The translations under genes and the position numbers were made by a program. Source: Amphiura filiformis (lineage: Eukaryota). From it: a DNA stretch of 64,000 bases. Positions within the stretch are counted from its first letter, which is position 1; each line of letters begins with the position of its first letter. Below, one piece after another: positions 52,907-64,000 of this stretch. The DNA is taken from contig NC_092647.1 in NCBI RefSeq assembly GCF_039555335.1, forward strand, positions 51,797,740-51,861,739. The letters run 5' to 3'. Below the pieces are notes generated by a model. That model was not told the DNA's origin, ran no database searches, and saw nothing but the letters and a program-made list of their open reading frames with translations.

Positions 52907-53092
52907 TTCTCTTCTTCTATAATAGCTCGATACCCGATTATTTTGTGATATCTGGTTTTTGAATCTGATGGTACCATGGCGAAGACCATTAGCAATTCCA
53001 GATTGTTCACGGTTCCCGTCCTGTTCATCAGACGCCATTGCAGATGCCATCCTATTCTGTTCCTCTGTAGATGCTGTCTGTTCTTCCGCCAT
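52907..53092 (-). CDS. TRPM-like channel copy B, exon 1 (ATG MAEEQ...)
   Basis: homolog of copy A exon 1; donor GTAAGT; a further 31 in-frame codons upstream are not conserved in copy A. Confidence 0.6.
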
Positions 53093-53152
53093 ATCAGCAG
53101 ATGACGTCAATGTCAGAGACAGATCCGCCAATGATATCCGCCTTTGTTGCTC

Positions 53153-53159
53153 TATATAT
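53153..53159 (-). promoter_or_regulatory. candidate TATA element ~60 nt upstream of copy B ATG
   Basis: same motif and spacing as in copy A. Confidence 0.3.
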
Positions 53160-54235
53160 GACATGGGTACTGTATGTTGGTCCATTTTGGACTGTTGTTC
53201 TATAGATGTTTTTGTTAAAGAAAGTTCAACTTAGAATATTTTGTCCCGTATCTGAAAGCCTTCCATAAAATATTGCCTGAAAAACAAACAAACAAATAAA
53301 CATAAAACTTACAATTTCTAACGAAATGGTAGAGTATGCCATAGTCGAGTTCTGAGAAATAAAAAATAAATATCTTGGTAATCATGATAAACGCTTTAAC
53401 AGTTTAACTTGAACTCGAATTTATACAGATGTGTATCACGAGTATTCACTAAATAAGCGTAAGGTTAAGATTATTGTACAATGTATTTCTCTCCATACTC
53501 TTTTTAGTACCTCAATGGTCGGACTGAGCTTTTTTTACGGAAAATCGTTATTTTCTGTACAAAACGATATAAAACTTCAGGGCTTAGAATATTGTATATC
53601 GCGTTAGATCTCGGATGCAGTAGCCGATTGTTAAAAGGTATCAGCAAGTCAACAATTGGTCCCCATGCTCTCTTGGCTTTAGGGCACCAACTTTTTTCAG
53701 TTTTAATATAAACGTCAATACCAAAGCGAAAGAAGATAAAATTGACATTCTGTTGCTGTTGTACACGCAGTAGGATATTCATAATGGTCCATTTTTCCCA
53801 GAATACCCAAAATGCGGATAACAATTATATATTGAGGCCAAAAGGCAAATGGTTGGTAGACGCGCATCTTAGACATGCTCACAGTTGCATGGGCGTGGCC
53901 AGTAATTTATTATGGAGGGAAAAGTCCCTTTTGTCAATAATTATTATTTGTCCCATTTTCAGTCATCTTAATGACACCTTACTCTTTGCCGTCCCCATTT
54001 TATCCCTGAAAAATTTCGGGGATGGGGCAATTTGCGGTTTCGGCATTCCGCTCGCAGGATCACCGCTTGCCAATCGGTACGGTATAATATGGTTCTCGCT
54101 GGTTGAAGACAGACTACCTAAGTGTTTATTTTGCCAAAAGCGGCGAATGTATTAAAATTATTATACTTAGTAATCTGGGTTAAATAGATGAACAAATTTT
54201 AATCTTTCCCCAGAGTTGCTAGTGCTCATAAACGT

Positions 54236-54244
54236 TGAAAAAAA
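54236..54244 (-). terminator. Pol III T9 terminator downstream of the tRNA-like unit
   Basis: nine consecutive T on the minus strand, 6 nt beyond the tRNA-like 3' end. Confidence 0.5.
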
Positions 54245-54250
54245 CACCAG

Positions 54251-54324
54251 TGCATCCGGCCGGATTCGAACAGGCGACCTTCCTAATACTAGCACGACGC
54301 TCTAGCCAATTGAGCTAAAGAGGC
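54251..54324 (-). tRNA. tRNA-like Pol III unit (Ile/Thr-like cloverleaf with mismatched stems); probable tRNA pseudogene or SINE head
   Basis: D-arm GCTCAATTGGCTAGAGC (box A) and T-arm GGTCGCCTGTTCGAATCCGGC (box B); anticodon-loop triplet AGT; 2 of 7 acceptor-stem and 1 of 5 T-stem pairs mismatched; followed after 6 nt by T9. Confidence 0.45.
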
Positions 54325-55267
54325 ACGTTGGACATGTTGGAGAAGAGCGGAAGATATAAATCTATATAGGTATTAGGTTCGAGTGATGTTCGTCGCATTC
54401 CTAGCATACCTAGTATATAATTAATTAAACTGGTAATTCCAATCTAATGATAATATACATTACCATTTTTAAAACAAGGAAATTTCCCTGAGATTTACCG
54501 TATGACATGGTATCATGCTGCAAATTGTTTTCATATATTCGTAAAGAACATCTTCTTTAGAGTATTTGGTAAAAAAACTATCCAAAAATGTATTAAATTA
54601 AAAACGTGACGCTAGTTTTATCTCAAAGAGTCAAAATTAACTTTGTCCACGCGAAGGCCTACAAGCTGTCACGTCGCATCACTTGCAGTGGCGAGTTCGA
54701 TAAAGAATGAGATTGAGAACCACTCAGTATACGCAAAAAATTGTTCACCAATTTTATATACGGTAACACAATCAAATAAATCAAACATTTAATTTAAATG
54801 TCAAGCTTATGATATTTCGTCATGATATGCAGCTTTCACGCTGCAAAGATAAACACAATTCTCTTCAAATATGGGCAAAGCAATTGTAACCTCAGACCTG
54901 TTTTTTTGTCATGAAATGTTATCTACAAGAAAGTTTGAAGTTTGAAGTTATTAAAGTTATTGCGTTCGTGGTATGTTCGGCAAATTGTTGCGTCGACAAA
55001 TGACTGGGGTTAGCCTCAAGTTCCCTTTGAACCACTGCAATATTTGCAGCTGAACGACCAGTTATTGGACGTCCACTCCGTGCTTTGCATTTATTCATCA
55101 CACTTCCGAGGTTGTGAAAGTTGTTCGTATGTAGAATTATGGTAGGTTAGGGTGGGATCTTACGTTCGGGAAACGAATCCGAAATTGACGCTGCACTACC
55201 AAAAGCTTTCTGTTCTTAATTAAGTATACCTCTGCCATAAAAGTCATCTCTTGTGTTGTGAATTGCC

Positions 55268-55840
55268 CAGTGGCGTAACTCCTATGGGCTCTGGGGGCCG
55301 CGCCCCCGGGCACCCGGGCTAAGGGGCACCCAAGCCTGGATAGCCTTTGACACGATAATACTTTGTTATAGTAAAGAAGTGGAAACCTTTACCCACCATG
55401 CATAGAATAACTCTTCATTTGGGTGCCCTTCAACACAAAATTTTTCAGGCGCTTCGCGCGCATTAAAGACCTAAATTCAACTTGATTTAATACCAAATTA
55501 GTGGTATTTTTGCACGCCTGCACGCAATTGTTTTAGGAAGAGGGGGTATTTTGTATTCTTGCCCCTGATCGCCACAATCACTAGCTACGTCACTGCAGCT
55601 AGTGATGAGTCTTCAAAAGTAAAGACATTGGAGAATATGAAAACATTTTGTTTTATTGACATGCACTGCATTAGCTTGTATTGAAACATGAAATAAATTT
55701 AATCTGAAACACTAGTTATTCGGTAGGTCTATATGCCTTTCAATACCAAAATTGATTAGCTCTGCACCATGCACACCCTTGGTTAGGGGCACCCGAACTA
55801 CTTTCGCCCCCGGGCACCCTGTCCCAAAGTTACGCCACTG
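55268..55840. mobile_element. hAT-like MITE (TIR CAGTGGCGTAAC) with 8-bp TSD GAATTGCC
   Basis: perfect 12-bp TIRs; identical 8-mer directly flanking both ends. Confidence 0.7.
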
Positions 55841-58800
55841 GAATTGCCTTATCTTGACACCTTGCAAACCTATTTAGAAATAAGCCACGCAGTCACAAAA
55901 TGCACGAAGGCCTGTTTAAAATTCAAAAATTGCGCCAGATAAAACCTTTGTAAGTGTGTAATTTTTATGCTAATTGTTGGTCAATGACAGGAGTGAAGTT
56001 CGAGTACATGACAAGTAAATGGGGGTTAAAATCGATTGTATTTCTTTCATGCATGTAAAACAATCATCACTTTTCAAAGACAAGCCAAACGCGTTTACCA
56101 ATTACATGTATGCCTAACGCATATGTATGCCGTACTCTTAGCAATCAGACACATACCATTGAATTACGTGTGGACAAAGTGATTTTTGACCCTCGTACGT
56201 AAAACTAGCACCATTTTGTTAATTTAGCTTCTTTTGATTTCATTTCTTCATCACATACTTTTAGAAATATATCCATTTAGAATATGTAACAATATTATGA
56301 ATAGCTCTTCTACAATTCCAGCAACCACCCTCTGAAATTGGGTAAAGTTGTTTTTGGCCCACACTGTACATGATATCAATAGGATTTTTCTCTTTTGCCT
56401 AATTGTGGATTTTCTCATTTTGCATGATTTTATGGGTGCACATCACAAACTGACCAAGGCCAGACTATGTATCACCGTTATGTTGATCACTTCCAAACCC
56501 TGGATCTGCCTCACTGGCACGGTTGTTTGATGTGATTATTTATCACTTATTCTGACAAAACATTACTCAATTTTCAATTCTAGATCTGGACAATAGCAAC
56601 AGCTATCATAATTATATAAACATATATTTTTAACATAGGTTTTCCTTTCTTTATACATTTTTTCATCTTTTTCTGCCTTTTGCGTATCTTTTATTTTATG
56701 AATTGTATATTTGTGTTCAAATTGAGGGCGCTATTTACATTTTAAGTTAAATGTAGCCCAGTAATATGAGATATTCCTTTCATTTCATGATAATTTTTTT
56801 TTTATTTCCTTGCGTTTTGCTACTCATTTTCCTGATATTGCAATGACATTATGCAAGTGTCTACCCCTTGTAAATATGCAAACAAGATTTAAGATACATA
56901 GCGCCATCGATGTTCAACTTTGCTTAAAAATGAATACGTTCTATGCCTTCAAACAACCAACTTTGCAGTCGGGCCCTTTTTTTCCTAAATCTGCCTTTGT
57001 CTGGACGCATGCGTTTTAATGTGATCTCCTTTTGCGCGCAGACGGCATCGCGTCATGAGCGCCCTGCATCACGCACTGTAACGCATTTACAAGAAAAGCG
57101 GTCACTGCGCGTCATTTTCCAGATGCCGTTTAGACACTTTAAAGCCATTATAACATTATTAGAACGCCCTCAAAAAAAATTTTAATTCTGGTTTTTACAC
57201 GATTGTAATGTACTTTAGTCAATAAAGATACGCTGCAAAAATCAAGACTGTAGTTTTGTCAAAATCCGAGAGTTTGAATAAAACGATGGAACCGGCGTTT
57301 TATTATTACGATGTAAATATTAGTCGAACACGTATGCACAGTACGTACACGGCGTTCGGGATAACATGCATGGGCGCTAGTAGTAAATTCCATTTTCTAC
57401 GCTTTACCTCACTTGTTCGACTCAAAATTAAAAAGAGAAATAACTGAAAATAAAAGCTAACATTTTATGGAAAATAAATACTAATCTATTTAATGTTATA
57501 ATATGGCTTTAAATTCTTTTATTGATATGCATCTCAGGAGATCGCTTTTAACGTTTTACTGCGGATCCCACTCCGAGTTATTATACATACATCACCTTCG
57601 AAATATCTTGTAAGCTATTATGTTGAAGATCCCAACTAACAACCGCATTTCGTTGGTAAAACAAACGTAAACAGGCTATACTGCGAGCCGCGTGTCAGCG
57701 GAAGGATAATTATGATAAGTGAGTTAGCGTGGAAAACGGTGTATGCGCGGTATACGCAAAATTTGACGCTCATCATGCGAGTATTTTGGGGGTGGCTTTT
57801 GGGGCGCCAGCGGCAAAAACGAAGGGGCGGCGGAAGAAGAAGAAACGGCAAAAACAGGGGCGGCAAAAACAAAGGGGCGGCAAAACGAATTAACAAAGAA
57901 AAAGGGCGGAAAAATTGAAAAAGTAAAAAAAATTGTGAAAAAAATGTGTTGCTTTTAGGACGCTAGCGCCTAAAATCCTTTTTTTTTTTTTTTTTTTTGC
58001 TCTTCACTTTTTCAAACGACCGTGAAAAAATTGGGTCAACCTTTTCGGGCTGTTAAGGAAGGGGCGGCAAAATTGTTTCTTCTTCAGCCCCCCGGGGTTG
58101 GGCGGCCACGGTACGCCACTGCTCATCGCGTGATGCCGTCGCGTTGTACAGCGTGTCCCAAAAGTAACTTAACATTGTGAATTGGCCATATCTCAAATAT
58201 TTCCTACTTCATACCAAAATGGAGAATATATTCACATAGATTGATCTTTTAGAATTATTCTGATACCAAAAACAGCATTATTGATGACCCGTTGACCTTA
58301 CTGTGCGACTGTACATATGTGTGTATCAAACCCACAAAAGCAAGCTCATGTGTTCTTTGTTCAAGAACATGAATGATGTGCTTCCCTGAACAATAGAGTT
58401 GGTTCACTCACTGCACATGCTACATTTGGGTATGAACATGGCTTAGCGTGAGCGTGAGCGTGAGCGTAACTGCTGTTTTAGATTATAATTAGGATATATT
58501 GACAATATTAAGAGACCTTGTGTATAAAAAGATGTGGTGGCAGACTTCAAAAAATCGATTTTCTTTATACATTGCACATGGTTAGACATTGAGTCAACAT
58601 GTATAAATTTGGTTACAATTTTACCTCTTCATCTATGGTTACCATGGTAACGGCCAAAATATGAATTGACCCAATTTTCACTATTTTTACCCTTTTCACA
58701 ACTGGAAAAATGCTTAAATATTAGGTCATATTTCTGAATGAAGAACGTGAATTAAAATAATCTTCTCCCATACAATGAAGTATCCATCCTTGTCCTTTCC

Positions 58801-59389
58801 AAAAATGAAGTAAACATAACAATAATTATTTCAATATGGTAGATACCATTTTGTAAAATAGGGGTGTTTTTCATTAATTTAATTATGAAAAAAATGATCT
58901 TTTTAAAAATGACGTAACCTCCAAAGTGGTGCTTTTTTTAAACTATTTTTTGCAGGGTAGGTAGATAAGGTATTGGCCTACCTATCTCTAGAAAAAAAAG
59001 TTCTGGTAATTGTTTTACTGGAGAGCAGTGTTGCCAGAAACTTTGAACTTTTTAGGATTGTTGACATTATAAGGTAGTGTGGAAAAATAGGGATTTTGAG
59101 CATTTACTTTCACTGAAAATCCTGATTAGGGTTGATAATGTACCAAAAAAAATTGGCATCAATACACCGTAAAGTGAGACACGATTTGATAATATTTTAA
59201 TGACAGTGTTGCCAGAAAAAACGTCTCTCAGTGAAGCTGTTGCTCATCTTGTCATTACCTATCATACAGCTATGCTGAAAAACGGCCAAATAGACCAGGT
59301 TAAAAATGAGCTAGGTCCCACACATGAAAGGAGAAACTGAGGAACAAGAATGTATAAGGTAAAAATCCTGTATCCTGAAAACTTTCCTG

Positions 59390-59800
59390 CGAGGGCACTT
59401 TTTTTTTCAAAATGGCTGCCAGAATCCAATGAAAAGCAATTATGCTCTTAAAATAGACGGATAAAAGATAGAATTGGTTAGATTATGGATTTGTATTTAT
59501 GAAAGTAATGTATAAATAAGTCGGTATATTAATAAGAAGGTACCAGGAGGTCACAGTTGGGGACGCTTTTCAAAATGGCCGCCAAAATTCAAAGAAAAGC
59601 ATTATACGGTTACCATAGTCAATAATTATTATGAGGTATAATTGACCAGATATTGGTTTAAGTATTGATGACAGTAATGTAACGCTAAATTAAGATTTCA
59701 ATATGTAGCTACCAGGAGGTCACAGTTGAGGGCGCTTTTAAAATGGCTGCCAAATCCAATGAAAAGCTTATATATATGGTACACCGTCACTAAAGAGGCA
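59390..59800 (+). repeat. satellite-like ~170-190 bp tandem repeat (..ACCAGGAGGTCACAGTTGGGGACGCTTTTCAAAATGGCCGCCAAA..)
   Basis: about 3 units; the same family occurs in inverse orientation at 61740-62440. Confidence 0.7.
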
Positions 59801-60074
59801 TAATTGATCTGAATTTGGATTAATATTTATCAAAGTACAGTATAATCAGCCACAAAGCCTCAGATAATGTTATTGAAAAAATATTTGAAACATTGAAATA
59901 GTTGTCTTTGATGTAATCGTAGTCTTCAATCATTGTCACCTCTAAGTTATCGTTTTGAGGGTGCAAAAGAACGAGTCACCAAGTCAAGATGACCACTAAA
60001 ATGTCCACAGGAATAATTTATGTTCACGAAGGGCAACATATTAACTAAATATACTGCGCCAAGAAAGTATCCTT

Positions 60075-60535
60075 ACCCCAGGGGGTTACTCAACTTTGGA
60101 AGCGACGGTATGTGCCTGTCAACCCTCTTTTGAAGTCGACTAATACCCGATGACCCCCTTTTTAAAAGTCATACCCGATGACCCCCCCTTTTTTTTAAAG
60201 TCATACCCGATGACCCGATGACCCCCCCTTTTTGGTTGCGGCTACCCAATGCCCCCTTTTTCTAGAAGAACATCATCAAAATGCAACAAAATAATGTCAA
60301 AACGTTCAAATTTTGCTCCATTTTTTTCAAAAATTTCTACCCGATGACCCATTTTTGAAATCTTATACTCAATGACCCCTTTTTCAAAAATATTATGCCC
60401 AATGACCCCTTTTTTTATTTTGTTTGTACCCAATGACCCCTTTTTAAAATAACGCTTTGTTACCGATAGGCCCCTACTCCGCGACACCGATAGGCGCATA
60501 CCCGTCACTTCTAAAGTTGAGTGCCCCCCGGATCC
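60075..60535. mobile_element. small foldback/MITE with ~45-bp TIRs and internal ~30-bp (TACCCGATGACCCCTTTTT..)n tandem repeats
   Basis: 60078-60125 is the reverse complement of 60480-60530. Confidence 0.55.
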
Positions 60536-61739
60536 ATGTTACACTTGGAAAAATAAGCACAATTATTTCAAAACTTAAACATATTAGGGTAAATTGGTTT
60601 TTGTAATAGATGCGCTATCTAATTCTGCACATTATGACACCACATTGAATCCAATGTGACCTCAAGAAGAAAAGTTACAAGCAATTGAATAGACGAAGGT
60701 CCAGTTTTAAAAGTGACAAATTGGCCTATACGATGTGCAAAAAGATTCCAACAAGCGCAACAAAGAGACTACACAGTTTCTTCAATGAAGCTTTATTTTA
60801 AAGCAATATTTATTTCAGTTTTTACTGTACTTTTCATAACTTGTATTTTTTCAGCTCTTTTGTTGCAGTTTCCTTTTGTTCCTTTTCTTTTAAATCAAAG
60901 GCACACACAAATTAGCCATTTACCACTCTCAAACCAGATGTCTAGTCCGTGTTGTTTTGAATAGGCCAGTGTGTCACTTTTTAACTTTGCTTCTTGAAGT
61001 TACAGCAGAGGCAACTGGCATTGCATGTGCCGTTGACCCGATGGCTTTAGTCAGGACATTTACACCTACCAGTCATGTATGAGGATTTCGCTTTTGCCAG
61101 TAGGCCTATATGCAAGACAATTAATCATTGTTGCATTTTTCCTTGACATAAAGCATCAAGTATGTTGAGAGAAAAACAAGAGGTATTGACAATAATAACA
61201 TCCAAAGTTATCGCCAGGTAATCACAGTTGTCTTGTGATTTCAACAGTTTCTTTACCAACATCGAGAACAAAGCAGTCTATTGGTGTCAAAGAAGGAAAA
61301 GGTTTTTACAGACTCGAAGTGCAGCTATCTTCTTTTCAGAGAATGCAACGTTTTCACAAAAGAAGATATATATGACCTATATGCCGCTTTGATTTCAGAT
61401 AGGCTAGATAATGAAGAATAATTTTCTTAATGTAGTGATATCGATGTGAGTGATCTCGAAGATAAACATACAATAAAAGAATTCAGTGAAACCAAGAAGA
61501 GTATGAAGTAAATATCCTGCCCTTTGTCAATACATAGGGACAATTCTCTGGTGGTCATTTTGGAGATTTGGTGATCATATTATCCATCTTGACTCGCTAT
61601 ATCATGATATAGCACTTTGTAGCTCGCTATATAGCACTCTGAAACACTTGCTTAGAGGTGACAATGATCAAAGACAACTATTGCATGATTCATCAAAGAC
61701 AACTATTACATTCTCTTATCAAAGACAACTTTCTTTCTT

Positions 61740-62440
61740 AACACTTTTATCTGTGGCTTTGTGGCTGATATCATGCCGCTCTTTTTGGTGGCCATTTTGA
61801 AAGGCAACCTCAAATGTGACCCCCGGTATCTTCCTATTATTACATTGACTTAGTTTTACTGTACTGGGTTCAATATTAATTCAAGATCTGGTCAATTATA
61901 CCTCTTTTTATGTGACTATTTTAAGTTTAACGGTGTACTATGTTGGTCCGACATTTTGAAAAGTGCCCTCAGCTGTGACCTCCTGGCACCTTCCTATTAA
62001 TATCTTGACGTACTTAACCAAAATCTGGTCAATCATACAGTGGCGTGGCACCAGTTATCATATGGGAGGGGGCACCAACCAATATGGGTGGCAGTCCGTT
62101 TTTTTGGATTCTTAAAATTCAGATCGATTGGGGGCCATATGTAACCCCGTGCCCCTATGATGTTACGCCACTGCAATCATACCTCATACGTGACTATTTT
62201 AACCATATATATGCTTTTCATTGGATTTTGGCGGCCATTTTGAAAAGCGTTCCCAACTGTGACATGTTGGTACCATTCTATTAATACCTTGACATAGTTA
62301 TACATTACTTTCATCAATACAAATCCGAAATCTAGTCACTTTTATCTTTTACGCGACCTTTTTAAACGTATAGTATAGCTTTTCATTGGATTTTGGCAGC
62401 CATTTTGAATAAAGCGCCCTCACAGGAAGTTCTCAGGATA
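61740..62440 (-). repeat. same satellite family, inverted array
   Basis: reverse complement of the 59390-59800 units; interrupted by the hAT MITE at 62038. Confidence 0.65.
62038..62173. mobile_element. hAT-like MITE, same family (TIR CAGTGGCGT...ACGCCACTG), 8-bp TSD CAATCATA
   Basis: TIRs plus identical flanking 8-mers. Confidence 0.7.
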
Positions 62441-64000
62441 CATGGTTTTTATTTCTACCTCATAAATTCTTGTTGCTCATGAAAAACTGGTCCAGAAAAA
62501 CTATGTGAGATTGTTTCCTTTCATGTGTGGTAACATTTTTAACCTGGTCTAGCTCTTATTTTATGGAAAAATACCTATCTTTATGGCAACACTGTTTGTC
62601 TATATTAAAATTACCAAAACTTTTTTTTATTTATTTGGGTACAGTACTATCTAGTCCAGCCACACTGAAAAATATAACATATAAAAAGCACCACTTTGGG
62701 GGTTACAGCTCATTGAATATTGCTATATTTCAGAAAGTCAAAATTTACGAAAAACACCCCTATTTGAAACAATGGAATATCCCAAGTAGGACAGACTGTT
62801 TGTTAAAACAACTGTATTTTTAGAAAGCTTAGATGTTGCCAATTATGTCGTGGAACTTTCAAGGTTTACCTCTATTTTTCCTTTATATGGTGAATCCTGA
62901 AACTTGTTATTTTTTTAGCCTTGTAAAAGTGCCAAAATAGTCTAAAACCGGTCATTTTGATGTTTTGGTCGTTGCTATGGTAACGAAGGTGCAGTGATGA
63001 AATAATTTTGATTTTTGTAGACTTTGACCAAAGTTGCATCCTGAAGCAATGTTTAATGAACATTTTAATGTAAATTATGCACTACCCAGCCGAAATACAA
63101 TCCAGCAACTAGTGCTGAAATTCCAATTAACTGGATCTGTTCATGATCTACTTAGGGCAGGACGTGGAAGAACAGGATGATCGGCTACAAACATTGATGT
63201 CATACGAAGAGCGGTGGCGAAAAGCCCAAGGCGATCAGTATGTCGAATTTCTATGGAGAATAACGTATACCGCGTACAACTGTTCATCGAATCCTCAGAA
63301 AAGATCTTAAGCAGTTTCCATATAAAACCCAGATAAAACAGAAAATGAAGATTACGCATTGAAAACAAACAAACAAACAATCAAACAAACACAGCTAAAT
63401 TAAACAAAACATATTTTAAAATGATAACACGTTATATCGTGTTCACGTCTCAAATGACGAGACTTATTTTGCGCTTATAAAAGTGGGTTTTACGGTACGG
63501 TAGATATCCATTAATTTCATGCCAAAGGGTCATGACCACATAGGCATGTTTGGTATCATAACATTTCTAAAAGAATTATCTACATACTGTGCAAATTTTG
63601 TAACAACACTATTAACCCAACGCAAGTTATGGCAAATTCACAACGTTAAGGGACTTTTGGGACACCCGGTATTTTGATTTACGTCTTCGCAATTAAGGTT
63701 ATTAATTATTTTAAACTGTTGTGATTTGGTAGTTCACAGCATCTTACGAATGGTAGTGCGCTTTGGCAAAAACTGCATTGCTCAATTCATAGCGGGCGTG
63801 TAGAAGAATTAAAATATCACAGATATACTTTTATAGGTGCTGCGGTTCTTGAGTTACGTTGTAAAGAAGGCTGAAACAACAACACTTTTGTAAAACGTAC
63901 ATATCTCATCAACAACAACAAATTAAGCAAGTTTGCAAAATATACGATTTGTAGAATGAACTTTTGCAAAACATCAAGGTGTTAATTTTCAATAATATAT

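Larger units (their letters stand above)
58153..63667. mobile_element. candidate large (~5.5 kb) TIR-bounded element (TIR GTGTCCCAAAAGTnnCTTAACnTTGTGAATTnGCCATA) carrying satellite arrays
   Basis: ~40-bp inverted termini at 58153-58192 and 63628-63667. Confidence 0.4.

Overview
This is eukaryotic nuclear DNA (metazoan, probably a marine invertebrate), not prokaryotic. It is AT-rich, full of microsatellites and transposons, and has canonical GT-AG introns. The window holds two tandem, same-orientation (minus strand) paralogous TRPM-like cation-channel genes: copy A at 12..22604 and copy B at 29384..53092. Each has about 23 coding exons encoding roughly 1150-1170 aa, with an MHR-type N-terminal domain, pre-S1, S1-S6, pore, TRP box and C-terminal coiled coil. 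The copies are about 85-90% identical, introns included. Copy A carries a 1-nt homopolymer frameshift in exon 8. Copy B appears intact but has gained an RTE-like LINE, a foldback element and a MITE in its introns, plus an in-frame duplication in its last exon. The remainder is TE- and repeat-rich intergenic or intronic DNA: a Tc1/mariner remnant, hAT-like MITEs with 8-bp TSDs, a tRNA-like Pol III unit, satellite arrays and a large TIR-bounded element. No prokaryotic defence or accessory system is present. Most ORFs in the supplied six-frame track are intron or repeat read-through, or partial exons. Splice sites were placed by eye and calibrated against the ORF-track coordinates; boundaries not anchored that way may be off by 1-2 nt.
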